Shown here in pieces: positions 12,919-24,866 of a DNA stretch of 33,510 bases; position 1 is the stretch's first letter; each line of letters begins with the position of its first letter. The notes under the pieces are model-generated. The model was not told the origin of the DNA. It worked only from the letters and a program-made list of their open reading frames with translations, and did not search any database. This DNA comes from Phoronis australis (Eukaryota > Animalia > Phoronida). The DNA lies in NCBI GenBank assembly GCA_002633005.1, contig NMRA01000109.1:52035-85544 (forward strand). Direction: 5' to 3'. The position numbers were made by a program, and so were the translations under genes.

Positions 12919-13378
12919 TGTGGCGTACGGCCAATGGTCTATGACCGGAAAGGTTCGAAATAATGTGTGGGAGCGGAGCTGATCTCTTTGTGAGGACATA
13001 ATTACACGATATGGGATAGTACAAAATGCCGACAAGTGCGTGGTGCATGATCGGGGTGACTTCAGATCCCTGAGAGAGGAATACCGTGCGTGAGGGCTGA
13101 GAAGGATATTTTTCTGTTGGCAATCCCGAGCGATGCACAAGAGAGGAATTGAGTCTGTGTTCTTCGCTCTCTACATTACGTAGTTCTCCTGTTTTCTAAA
13201 CTGTGAGGTTGTATAACACATGTTGGCCGGATGACCGCTTTAGTCAATATCTTACACCGACGGCTGAATATGTACATTCTGGTACTTTGGGTTAGAGAGT
13301 CAGCTCTCTTTTGTTCTATAGTTGCTCTAATCTCCAATAAGATCCTATCTCATTGACTCACTGGGCCGTGGGGTTACA
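12919..13378 (+). mobile_element. Possible Gypsy-type LTR remnant
   Basis: Starts TGTGGCG and ends GGGGTTACA. It is preceded by tggtcacagaagtgg, resembling the Gypsy PBS tggtgtcagaagtgg. No target-site duplication found. Confidence 0.3.
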
Positions 13379-15079
13379 AACAAGTTAAAAAATGTTTGAA
13401 CGTAAACCAATTACATTTATGAATTCCCCAATACTGGTCATGCTTATAGTTTTTGAATCACCGAAATCGCCCAACTATACAATCGATTTTAAGACTATAA
13501 CACGCTCACAACCGCTGTACGTCTTGTAAAGTCACGGAACGGGAGAACGCCCTATTGAACTTTGAATACCTGTCTTTTATCTATGGGGTCGTTTTTCACA
13601 GTAGTTCACATTAAATTTAGACCCCCCATTAAATGCGACCTGTGTCTTATTTTAATTTTACGTAGTCATTCTCAATACTGAATACAAAGGCTTTTATTAT
13701 TTGGGCACAACAAAAGTACGTCCCAAGTGAGCAGCACGTCTCCTGGCTATAATGTATTTGCCTCGAGCAACACGAATCAGATGATAAATTTGCGCGGTCT
13801 TACTGCTTTCTCTTGAAAAACGAAAAAATTAAACGCGCACAGTGGAAAACAAGCGTGCAGCCGCTCAGATAATTCGAGAATTTACCACTGGTTGGGATCT
13901 TCTATCAGTTTGATATTTTCCATATCGACTGATTGACAATTAAAAAAACGCTTGTAAGTGCGACATCACGTTTTTATGCTTCTGGAAATATTACCCTCTT
14001 CCTCCTCTTTGTTTGTTAGATATCGCGCTTTGGCAAAAGCAATTTACCCCGTTTCTTAACACAGCAATTAGTCGTGTCACGTGGCTAGTAACACTCTCCA
14101 ATATGGCGTCAACTTGTCAGCTGCAGTTGCGCGTGCGCCCGGTCTGTAGTATTTAGATATCTATGGTCTATGGGTTGTCGTTATGAAAAAAACAGTAGGC
14201 TCGTGACACGCGCAAACGCGATTCATTAAAATGTTGCGACATCTCGCGGGAAGTGATGACAGCTTTTCATCAACAAATGTTTTTTTCTGAAACTAAGTTT
14301 GCTGGTATTAAAATACTAAACACTTGTAACGAAATGAAACCAGTTCAGTTAATTTGTTTTGACATGTACGCAGCCTTGTGGAAGAGATTAGTGGATTGGA
14401 GAATCGGGGAAAAAGTCAATAGGTGACGCAATACATGTATTTCATTGCGCTGAAAGCCAACGCAATAGATCGCATCACAATTTTAGCGTCAGAATAAGGG
14501 TAGATTACCGATAAATAATTTAGTTTACTCAAGGAAGACTTAAGTTTTGATTTTGTGTTGGATTTTATGTGCCAAATTTTTACCCACGGCGGTTCAAAGC
14601 TGTATATTTAGTACTCTTGTACAACTTTACACTAATGCTGGAACATATCTTGCTGCTAAATAAATTTTATCGTCAGCCCTTCCTTGATGTGGATAAGAAT
14701 CTACTCCATGCACTAAATGTGGCGCGATCGCTAGGGAGGTTGCAGAAAGTGATGCCATTGTCGTTTACAGTGCTGCGCCAATACACCACTCAACGCGGCA
14801 TTTTAGCCCAGAGACTGATAAATGATACTTTGCTGTAGCGCAGTTAGCGTTCGGGGAAATTTCGTTAACACAGCGATACCATATGCACAACATTACGCAG
14901 ATGGGTTAAAAATATCTCTGGGAGGCTCGAATGGGCTATGGATTATGAGTGGTGCAATTAACGTCGCAATTCATTACATTATGAGATATGTATGAAACAA
15001 AAACAGTTTATTATTCAAAAATACTTGTATTTCTGGTGCCAAAAAGGGGTTTGGTCGTTGGAAGCTTTTTTAAAACAAA

Positions 15080-15440
15080 TACCAAATGCTGTGTCGTCAT
15101 ATTAACCGAAACGGACTTCTCTCCAATCCCAAAAATATTTAAAACCTGTTCCCCGAACCACTAACAAAAGCGTGCAGCAGGATTGACAATCACGCACAAT
15201 GTAAACTCCCTATGCGAGACTAACGCTTGGGTCGAGAGAAACCCCTTTATTTCTGTCATAATGGAACACTTCAGAGATTTGACCTGAACAAGTGCCGCCA
15301 ACACAAGGCGTGAGGGTACTAGACAGAGACTAGTTCTTGATTTGAACGAGCTGTCAGAGACGCTAATAACCCATCTCTGAGTAGACACGAAGGTGTCAAG
15401 TTGAACTTATCTAAGTCAATGACTCGTGGTCCATTGCCTT
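15080..15440 (+). mobile_element. Possible degenerate APE endonuclease fragment of a LINE
   Basis: Pieces read VVILTET, VIMEHF and TRREGTRQRLVLDL, in the order of the APE motifs xLTET, IxGDFN and TR..xLDL. Heavily decayed. Confidence 0.3.
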
Positions 15441-15583
15441 GAAGCTGTTCTCTACGAACACCAACGCATGGGGGGTTAATTCTCTCGAGAACCAGTGAGT
15501 CATCAATCCCCAGTAGAAGAAGCCAGACAACTCCGCAAAGTTAGGGAATTTACATTATTTTATAGTTCCAGAAGTCATAATTT

Positions 15584-16400
15584 ATGAGTTTTCCCTGGAT
15601 TAATAATACTCTGTTTGAACGCTCTAGAAGTATAATAACACACGAGAAAGACAGGACTGTAGAGGAAAAACATATAGAAGGTGCGTTAGTTAAATGTGGT
15701 TATCCCAAGTGGTCTATCAACAAGGTAAAACAGACGCTATCGAATACAGACTTTATTGAGAGGAATCGCCGACCGGGAGAGGAGAGAAAAGGTAATGTAG
15801 TCATCCCGTATACTAAAGGTATTTCGGAACCTGCACAACGTGTGTTCAGACAATATGATGCCGTGTTAGACTTACAGGAATATTTTAGTTCATCCCAAAG
15901 ACAGAATAAGTGGGGATAAAAAATGTCAATGTGTTTATCGCATTCCTTGCCTTAAGTGTGAATCAGTACACATCGGGGAGACTGGGCGAGAGTTTTCAGT
16001 CAGGCTTAACGAACACAGAAAGAAGGTGGATGAATTGTCTCAGCGTAGTCACGCGTTTGGAGAGGAGATGGTCTCGGAATACTATGAACAAATCTGCAGT
16101 GGCGGACCCTGATGCTGCTTTTAACCACGTAATTAAATGGAAAGACGCTCGTCATGTCGAGTCGGAAAATAATTTGAGATCTAGACGGATTAGAGAGTCT
16201 ATTTGGGTGAATAAAAGTGGCTCAGTTATGAACAGAGACGATGTCTAAAATTCGGAAGGGTGTCATCACCTCGCCACCTAGTGTCCAATAGCTTCCCAAG
16301 ATGGCTGCTGTGAGTAGCCGAAACTGTCAAGACTTAGCGTTTTTGCTTGGTTGTGTCAATAAGAGTTAATCTATGTGTTCTCTACCAACCTTATGAAATT
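15584..16400 (+). mobile_element. 5'-truncated Penelope-like retroelement (RT thumb/linker plus GIY-YIG endonuclease)
   Basis: EEKHIEGALVKCGYPKW..VVIPYTKGISE; then, frameshifted, VHPKD..CVYRIPCLKCESVHIGETGREFSVRLNEHRK; then KSAVA..NHVIKW..RRIRESIWV..MNRD. These are diagnostic Penelope motifs. Confidence 0.9.
16290..16335 (+). ncRNA. Degenerate minimal hammerhead ribozyme in the Penelope 3' repeat
   Basis: cccaaga-t-ggctgc-tgtga-gtagcc-GAAAC-t-GTC. Stem II, GAAA and the GUC cleavage triplet are intact, but the CUGANGA box reads CCCAAGA. Confidence 0.55.
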
Positions 16401-16420
16401 ATTTAGTAATACGCGTAAAA

Positions 16421-18360
16421 GTGTCAGTAGAAGATCTTGTTGGTGCTTTCAGCAGTATTAAGCATGACGCGATCCGAATTGCACTAAACCACTTTAAAGT
16501 GAATAGGTGTCTTACCAGATGGATCATTAACATGCTTGGAAGTCAATCTGTGACTGCTTGTCTAGACGATGTGAGTGTGGCGGTTCGCGTCACCAGAGAA
16601 ACACCTCAGGATGACGCTGCCTGACCCACCCTCTTTAACATGGTTATAGATGGTTTGCTTCGACAATTATCTACTGACATGGATCCAAGCCTGAATGCCT
16701 ATGTAGCTGATTTTGTTCTCAGTGTGTCTAGCATTGATGCTGACACAGGTCGCTATCTTGCTCGAAGAGCACTGAATACAACAGCCAAGTCTGTTGGCTT
16801 AGAAATTAGTGGTAGCAAAACAAAGGTGATTATGTTCACTATGGTCAATGCGGCCTTTAACGCTGAATGGTAAACATCGAGATCTTGTAAACAAGGCGAC
16901 TTATCTAGGTGTCATTTTTCACCATCGCCTTTCCTGAACCCCGTATATTACAGAAAAAATCTCAAAAGCCAAAACTACATTGGTGAGATGCACTCATGAG
17001 GTGGGTAAAACTTGGGAATGTCTCCCAAGAATATGTTCTGGATTTATACTGGTGTTATTCGACCTATAATGCCCTATGCTGCGTCGGTATGGGTAACAGC
17101 ATTAAAACAGATTACAATTATCATCACACTTAAGCAGCTGCAACGTCCAGCTTTCTATGCATAACCTCTGGTTTTCCAGGAACGACTTCAGCAGTCCTAA
17201 AATGCTAATCGGTCTACCACCACTGAACATATACCTTGAGGGTGAAGCTGCATGTGCTGCACTTCGTCTCAGATATAATGGTCAGTGGGTGAAAACTAAC
17301 AACCCTGACCCCGTCACACACAGAAGCCACAGGAATGTTTGCAATAAGCAAATGGCCAAGACCTGGCCACTATGGAACATGCCTAGTGATGTCCAGGTCA
17401 CACATTTAAATCGTGCAAGCAAATTCTTCACGGAAATTGGTGATGGATGGCCTACCGCAGAACACAAGAATGAGGTGGTTTGTTATACGGATGGCTCTAA
17501 ACTGGAAAATGGCCAGACCGATGCTGGAGTCTTCTTTCCAAGCCTTCCTGTTGCAGATGCAAAAAACTGGGTATCGCTAGGCAATCTTGCCACGGTGTTT
17601 CAGGCTGAGATCACTGCAATAAATGGAGCTGCTCAACTGTCACAACAATTTATCATTGAGGCAATTACCATCTTTTTAGATAGGCAGGCAGCAATAAAAG
17701 AAACTAAGGGTCAACTTTCGTTGTGTTAATTCTTGTATTAATGAGCTTAACAAGTTTACAACTGAAAGAACCGTCAATACACCCTGGGGCAGGACCCATG
17801 TGGGAATTGATGGCAATGAGAATGCATGCGGACTCGCAAAGATAGGACCAAGCGTTCTGCATTTTGTGTCTGAACCTGCTATCCCGGTATCTTGCGGATG
17901 TTGCAGAGAGACCAAGGAGAATTTTGCCCTCGTGATCGTACCAAAAGGTTCAAAAAACCTCCTGAGTCTAGATAGATTGGGCATAAGACACGTCATTCAA
18001 ATATTGACGGGCCACTGCAACCCGACCTAGTCCGACACAGACACACTACTGGGCATAAGAGGAGCCCTGTGTGTCCCGAGTGTGGTACTGACGTAGAATC
18101 TCCTAAACACCCGGTAGAGTCTTGCCCAGCTCTTATAAGCTAAGGAGCAACCTTCTGCATGGCTCTGTTACATGCCTACAACATACATGTATAGTGCATG
18201 GCTACAAATGGAAACGTCTGTCTGTTTTCCTAAAGGAGACTGGCAGACTTGAAAACGTTCTTCACGAAGACCCATAACTGGGCTCTCGTGCTTCTGCTCA
18301 GGTGCTTTCTGCCCATGGGCCCAACCATGACGCCTGTGCACGTCTGATGCACCGCAAATG
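16421..18360 (+). mobile_element. Decayed non-LTR retrotransposon (LOA/R1/I-group) with RT, RNase H and CCHC finger
   Basis: RT motifs DLVGAF, RETPQ, LFNMVIDGLL, AYVAD, YLGVIF, GKTWG..FWIYTGVIRP. RNase H motifs YTDGSK..TVFQAEITAI..GIDGNE. C-terminal ILTGH and CPECG..H..C at about 18070-18126. Many stops and frameshifts. Confidence 0.9.
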
Positions 18361-21315
18361 ACACCAAGCCACCTGTACTGTTTTTTTTTTGGTTTTTCTT
18401 TAAAGCTCAGCTTGGTGACAAATAGGGTTAAACGATTGTGCTATGGCGTGCGTATTTCCGACAGCCCTTAAGCAGCTCGATTAGAATATCCCTTTTACTT
18501 TTTGGGCATTCCGTTAGCCGAAAAGTTATGTAGAAAGGTGTAAACGATAGACAGATTGTGTAGACGGCCAGACGAGCAACTGAACTTGGCAGTGTTGCTT
18601 GATAACTCGAAGGTTGGACACTGCCCTAGACCTACTTACTACTTACTAGGACAAGAAGAACCAATGTGTGCCTGGGCTACGAACTCGATTTTTTAACAAA
18701 ATATTTCTCTCGAAGATTGCAAAAGCCGTCATGTCTATTTGACCTTTTTCATTGGGAGTTCCATCTTAATTGTGACCTGCTTTTCAATTAGCAGGATTTA
18801 GCAGACGGCAGAATGAAAATATCAGTGAACCTCGGGTGATTGTGACTACTGGTTAGCTGGTTTCCTCAAGAAATTGTGTCCCATGAACCACTTTTTGTTG
18901 GACAGGACTTAAACCTGATGAGGCATCGTCTCCAGGGTTCACCTTGCCTTCTACGGTAACGTTTTCTATTAATATCACTAAAAACTGTGCCCTTAATCTC
19001 TTCATATTATTTAGGGACACGGTCCTTAAAATAGGAGCGTTGCATGAATAGATCCCTACATATTTTCAATAATATTAAAAATTCGACATAGCAAACTCTC
19101 AAAATACACGCAGTACATTTAGGGAAAATAACGGAGTCACTATTTGATGCTGTTTTCATGCAACCGGGCATTTGACTCACAGCATCTGTACCTCATTGTA
19201 TCTGAAAAGGGTAGCAGATTGGGTTGGGTTGTGGTGAAGGAAAGTGAGGGGAGGGAAGCAACAGAGTGGGGAGTTGAAACTGACCAGCCAGAGACGGAAT
19301 TCGCGTCTGCAGATCAGTAAACCAGTGGGATTTCGTTTGATGTGTCTCCCTCTCTAACACGTTTTTAAGTTAGTGATCATCTTATACTACAATGCCTCTA
19401 GAGACCAATGAAGAACATATTCTCCAGGATCCCTCTCTAAAATTTCTGATAATAAGGTGTCGTATACAAATTCCATATTTCTGCATATTTTTGATAAAGT
19501 GGCATATGTGGAAATCAAAGTTGCCCTGTACAAAGGATGCCACAACAAACGGACACGTCCCGACATTAATGCAGGACACACTCTCCCCAGTTGTAAAGCA
19601 TATACCAAATTAACAAGTATTCAGCTAAGAAATAAGCAGGTATTACGACACAGGCAAAAAGTTGCCATTCGGGAAGCAAAAGTGGCATGACATATCAGAA
19701 AACCTATGGAAGCCGTGATCATCTCAATAGTTCCACGTGATTTAAATGTCATCCTTTAAGGAGACGTAGAACGCAAAAGCTTGTCAGAAATATCTTTTAA
19801 ATAAATCCCGACGTAAATACCATCACGTAACGTCTAGTATATTGTATGTCATTTTCCCCAGTGAGAAATTGTCCAGGAGAAGATAGCAATATTCCCGATT
19901 TTAAATACGAGCGAAGAAAAAACACTATAGTTATCGCTCGTGAACAGACTATCCCACCTCCCACACGTCATATTCATGACCTTAACACCATTCGGTACTT
20001 TCTCTGCCTAATGACTGGCGTGTAAGTTCAGGCAGGGAGATGTTGTTTTTCAGTACAAGTGAAAACACGTGCTTGTCATTAATATCTGGCATTTACCTAC
20101 AATTTACAAACATCATCATCATTAGATAACAGCTTGTGCTGGCCATTAATTATTTCTTATTTGAAGTTATATTGTCTCAGTCAACGAAACTGAGGTGGAA
20201 ACAACGCGTGATCGCACCGCTTAAAAGGACACTGAAGTAAAAAAATAATGCAGCAGTTAACCAGTTGTAACATTCAAATAAATCTGACATTTGCCCGAGT
20301 TGCGCGCTAACCAAAAGCTCATGCACTGATAGTTGCTGCCAAAGACTGGAATCCCAGGCTGAGAGCAATCGCTAATTGGCTGACATGTGAGTTTCGTGAA
20401 TGATTGGGCCTCGACTGCTTATCACATCATACATTACAGATAACATATGAGCGCATATTGCTGTTTCATATTATTCAGACCTTACATCATAATTTATCAT
20501 TATATCAGCCGTTCTTAATTTTTGCTTTTTGCCACAATGCTGTAAAAGTTTCGCCATGCCTTTTTCGTATGGCTCCTAGTTGTTCGAACTCTTGGAAGAA
20601 GTGTCTTCTAAGCATGAAGTTATTGTCATCGCATACCATCGGTTACCCTAGCCTTGGCCCAAAACAGTATACTAAATATACAGGTTTGCGATGATATGGG
20701 AAAAATGACAAACAAAATCTGACTGCATATTACTCCCTTACTTGAGTATACTAACTTATTTATAGATTTCGAAAAAGTTAGTGTTCCGTCATTAATCGGC
20801 TGCTGCTAATTCTGATGCGTTTTCTTGAGTCGGCTCTTGGCAATCACATCACCAGAGCTTGACCAGTTTCTTTTCCCCCGATTATTTTATCATCTATTTT
20901 CGCTGCCGGCAAAAGGTTGCGTACATGTAAAAACAAATTATCGGTCCTAATTGTTTCATTTCGTTGCAAGTTTTTATTGTAATACCAGCTAACCGTGTTT
21001 TAGAACAAACCTTGCTGATGCAAAACTGACATCATCTCCAGAAAGACGTAAACAAATTTTAAGAAATGGCGTGTGCGCGTGTCAAGAGCGTGCTATTTTT
21101 GAAACGGATGACACTTTCCTTTGTTGCAAAAGGCGGCGAAATGTGCTATGAAATAGTGCTATTTGATTGCTATACACTTGAACAGCTACAACGAACAAGG
21201 TGTCAATTGACTTCCAGAGTTTGCATTCAACCCCTCCGGTCCGTCAGCTCTACATGTCGATGTAGGTTTTACGACGAGGTGACGAGCATAACCATACCCG
21301 CGTAGTCGACGAGCT

Positions 21316-21596
21316 GTGTGAAATGTCGGGGTCTTACGGAGCTCAACAGTCAGTGGTACAATAGTCTTCATACTGCCATAGTCGGTAACTAGCGGAGCCT
21401 TCAAGTTTACAGAGCTGAGTACTGGCTGACAGCTGGGTAGCTGACTTAAGTCCACACTGCCAACAGTCAGTGTAAATTGTTGATACGGACGTGCTACACC
21501 GACAAATTTTCGCGTGACGATGACGACAACTGGCTATTACTTTGTGTTACCTCAGCTCAATCAGTCAGGTATCCCTGGTCACCCGACATTTCACAC
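21316..21596. mobile_element. MITE with perfect 15-bp terminal inverted repeats
   Basis: gtgtgaaatgtcggg (21316-21330) and cccgacatttcacac (21582-21596). The internal motif ca(t)cagtcag recurs three times. Confidence 0.6.
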
Positions 21597-22212
21597 TAAA
21601 ATTTCTTATTTCGACAATTTGAAAAACGCCACGTGACTGCACGCTAAAGTAGAACACTGAATTCACCCCACCAAATACGTCACGAGAACCAGTGCTCCAA
21701 GCGGGTGTTTTTTAGCTTCTTGAAGGAGCATGCCACCCAAAAAACAACCTAATTTGTATCAATTTAGATCGAGTAGTTCTCCTCGATAGCGGCACGTACG
21801 GTTACGTTACCTGACACCTGACGGCAGACGGAGGTGATGAAATTTTCCACTGACGTCATCGGTTTCACACGCAGTCTGTTCAGCAGTTCACAACACGGGT
21901 AACTGGTGTCAGCTTATCGCTTGAATTCATCGTTTAACACCAATAAATGATCAAACTTCGATGTAAAACCCTTAAAAATACACCGAGTTCTTATAAAAAA
22001 ATGTTGTCTTATTTCACTGTTACGGATTTATTGGTATTTGGACACACCGTAGCCAACAAATTTCGGCAGTCCAATTTACCAAGGTCGTTATCAGGAGTTC
22101 GTGTTCTGTTCGGAGATAAATTCTAAGTATTTTTCCGTGAAATACAGACAGTAGGACCTAGATCTGTGTTGTTTAGACTTGTGTTTTTTAGTTCGAAACA
22201 CAAAAAACGCTT

Positions 22213-22321
22213 GTTATCCCGGCCAGTGTCTCGGAACCCGATCAGGCCCGTCGCGGCCGGACTGACTCGTTATCCCGGCCAGTGGCTCGGAACCCAATCA
22301 GGCCCGTCGCGACCGGACTGA
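22213..22321. repeat. GC-rich 56-bp tandem duplication
   Basis: gttatcccggccagtgtctcggaacccgatcaggcccgtcgcggccggactga at 22213 is repeated at 22269 with 3 mismatches. Confidence 0.9.
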
Positions 22322-22689
22322 AGACATCACGAACATTAACCAGCCAAAGTTGGAAACTAAGCTTGAAGTCAAGAAAATACTATACTAGTGAGCTAAAGAA
22401 GTAATGTGCACGTGATTATTTTGGTGAAGCCACGAAACTGCAAATCTACTAAGGCCTACTCGTCGGGGGCCGTGAATTCAGGTTCCCGTTTGGCCACAGA
22501 ACCGCCAGGGCAGAAGTTGTACATTGACAATCATTATTTGAATAATGTATAAGTAAATAAAGATTCCCCTAACACCTGGCCGTGGGATGGAATATCGAGT
22601 TATTGTTTCACAACAGATTCTGTCAGCAAACACTGAATTAGCTTGCGCTCACACGGCCTCGGTGTCCGGTCAAATTAGTTTTATTGCAC

Positions 22690-23596
22690 CTAAAGCCGGT
22701 AACGCAGTGATTTATTCATTGCTGGCTTCTCAAATCATTTGCACTCACGAACACTCCAAAGGCATTACAAATTGCATCTAATGGGACACACTTTCTTTCA
22801 GTTTTATATATAAGTATTGGTTAGGGTGAGAATAATTCATTTTGAAACAGAACGCTTAGTAATAAACGTCAACATGGCAACTCGCAATCCCGACTTGGAG
22901 GAGTACTCATCTGACGAAGACTTCCCAGGTAGATCGTTAGTTTTCTCAGGATATCAGTTCGAACCAGCTAGAGTACACTGATCAAGAAGTATTAGAGAGG
23001 CGCCGTGAACGTGCACAAACAATGGAGCACATGGATAGTTCCGAAAACCGTCTCATGGTGCCAGTGCGCTAACTGCACCATAATGGAAACAACTGATCCA
23101 CGTTTCTTTGCTTCCTGCCTGCCGAACGCAAACACACTAGGTACAGCATCTGACTTCAGCTTCGATTGCTTTTTCTGCCCTGGCATGAGCTGTTTGGCAA
23201 GCCGGAATTCGTCAGTGAATTCACTGTCCACGAAATGTCGGACACAGACACGGAGATGTTTCACGGCCTCTTACTTGGTATGAACTCCGTACTTGTCATT
23301 TTTCACTGCCGCGAGCCACTTCCGAAGCATTTCGGGCTCTCGAGGAAATTGAAAAAACGATGTACCCGCTTTCCTCGCCGCTCCATAGTTTGAACAGGCA
23401 GGAACGACACACCACACCATGGCGGAATTCACTCTGCATACGAACCACTGACGTCGCTGCGGACTTTCTCACCTTCCTCACAGGCTAACGCGACACCTCT
23501 CGGCAAGGTAAGGTCGACCGTGTACGAGCCGATGTGGCCCCAGACCGATTAAGACGGTAAAAAAGACTAATTAAATCGGGTGGCATTAGCCTTTAA
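22690..23596. mobile_element. Internally deleted Kolobok-like transposon (convergent KolX and THAP-transposase 5' ends)
   Basis: Plus strand from ATG 22874 reads ..GYQFEP..WCQCANCTIMET (KolX / P2X7 ballast-like). Minus strand from gccATGG at 23420 reads a full THAP domain. The right end is ...agcct-TTAA (23593-23596). The left boundary is tentative. Confidence 0.65.
23096..23420 (-). pseudogene. THAP zinc-finger domain with one in-frame stop
   Basis: MVWCVVPACSN..FFQFPREPEMLRKWLAAV..TK*EAVKHLRVCVRHF..LKSDAVPSVF contains the C2CH, FP, W and AVP motifs of THAP. Confidence 0.85.
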
Positions 23597-23866
23597 GTTT
23601 ACCTTTTTGCTCTTGAAATTTATTTGTGAAATTAATCAGAATAATTTATTCAGAATAAAGTACACTTCCCTTTTCAGCTAGGGTGGCAGAATTTAAAAAA
23701 CCTAGTGGCAACAACATTGAACTCCATAACCGAACCAAAAACCCATGACTCAAAAAAATCTCAATTCCCATGTGTCAGAACATAAACTGACACTGTTTTT
23801 AGTTCTGTTGTTTTGTTTTGTTCTTATGTTTTATTGGCATGATCCCTGAGGACAGTACAGTGATGG

Positions 23867-24493
23867 TGTAATTTGTTTATTACAGTATAACATGAAACTT
23901 TCTAGAAGACTCTAGCATGACAGTGATTAATGCAGTTTGTAATATTCTAGAAACTAGTGTATGGTTGTAGAATGTTTGGGTAGATTCCGGGAAAGTTCTA
24001 GAATGTGCTTTGATTGGCGAAAAGTTCTAGAATATTGCATTAGTCTATGAATACACAAGCACGGGTTTGTTTGTCAGTTCAAGGGTAAACAGTTAAGGAG
24101 TACAGCAGTCGGAGAAAACTAGTTAAGAGTTAAACAGATGAGAGAACTACAGTTGAGTTACAGTGAAGAGAAACATCACTTAAAGCGAGAGTCATTAGAG
24201 AGCCAGCTATTAAGACAGCAGGTTATTTGAATCAGCGAGAGTAACACCTGCGTAAAAGATTTCAGAAGCTCATCGCAAGTGAAGTCTTCGCAGAACTGGC
24301 TGAAGTATAGAACAGACATTACGTCAGACGTTCTGTATGAGTAAGCTTGTGAACGTACGGTCGAGATTCACAAAGGGTAAACTCGAACCAGTCTTCATTC
24401 TATCGTCGCACCGAAAGCTATCAGCGCCGGTCTGTAACAACCTGCGCCTGAACACATACGGGGAAAAACGTGACACCTTGCTGCAGGCATAAC
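23867..24493 (+). mobile_element. Possible solo LTR
   Basis: TGTAAT start candidates (23867, 23938), clustered ttctaga motifs, a CCAAT box on the minus strand and a TATA-like segment, and ends cgtgaca (24475) or ataaca (24493). No TSD found. Confidence 0.3.
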
Positions 24494-24866
24494 ACTGCAA
24501 GCCTCGGGTTTTCTGACTGATTCTGCACATCTCTCGATGTTGTCTTCATTTTCTCCCGTGTCTTACTTTCCAATATGGTGTCATGTTGACAATGCGAGCT
24601 CCACGTATCTGAGTACCGCGTGCCCAGTCTATGTGATGTCTATGTTTTTGACAATATGACTTCACAAAATCCATTTTGTGCCCGAATCCGAATTAATTCC
24701 CATTCTCAAGCAGTGAAGTATTGTGAAAAGTTTTTGTCGAACACTCCATTATATTAAGTGGAACAATGGGCTATAGTCTATGGTGGAACAAGGATATAAT
24801 ATTTCAAACAGACCACTAGGCGATGGGCCAAATATCACACATGTAGCATTCATTGTTGTGACTACC

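Noticed and set aside
14090-14150. Host promoter (aatatggcg YY1-like and gcgcgtgcgc NRF1-like motifs)
   Set aside because: No linked exon; such motifs recur at the starts of TE genes throughout this window.
17157-17729. Host RNase H gene
   Set aside because: Embedded between RT and CCHC remnants of a LINE and broken by frameshifts.
18915-18955. Hammerhead ribozyme at CTGATGA-ggca...tgcc
   Set aside because: No GAAA follows the putative stem II, so the core is incomplete.
19382-21455. Cluster of short overlapping ORFs
   Set aside because: No recognisable motifs or consistent splice signals; lengths are what chance would give.
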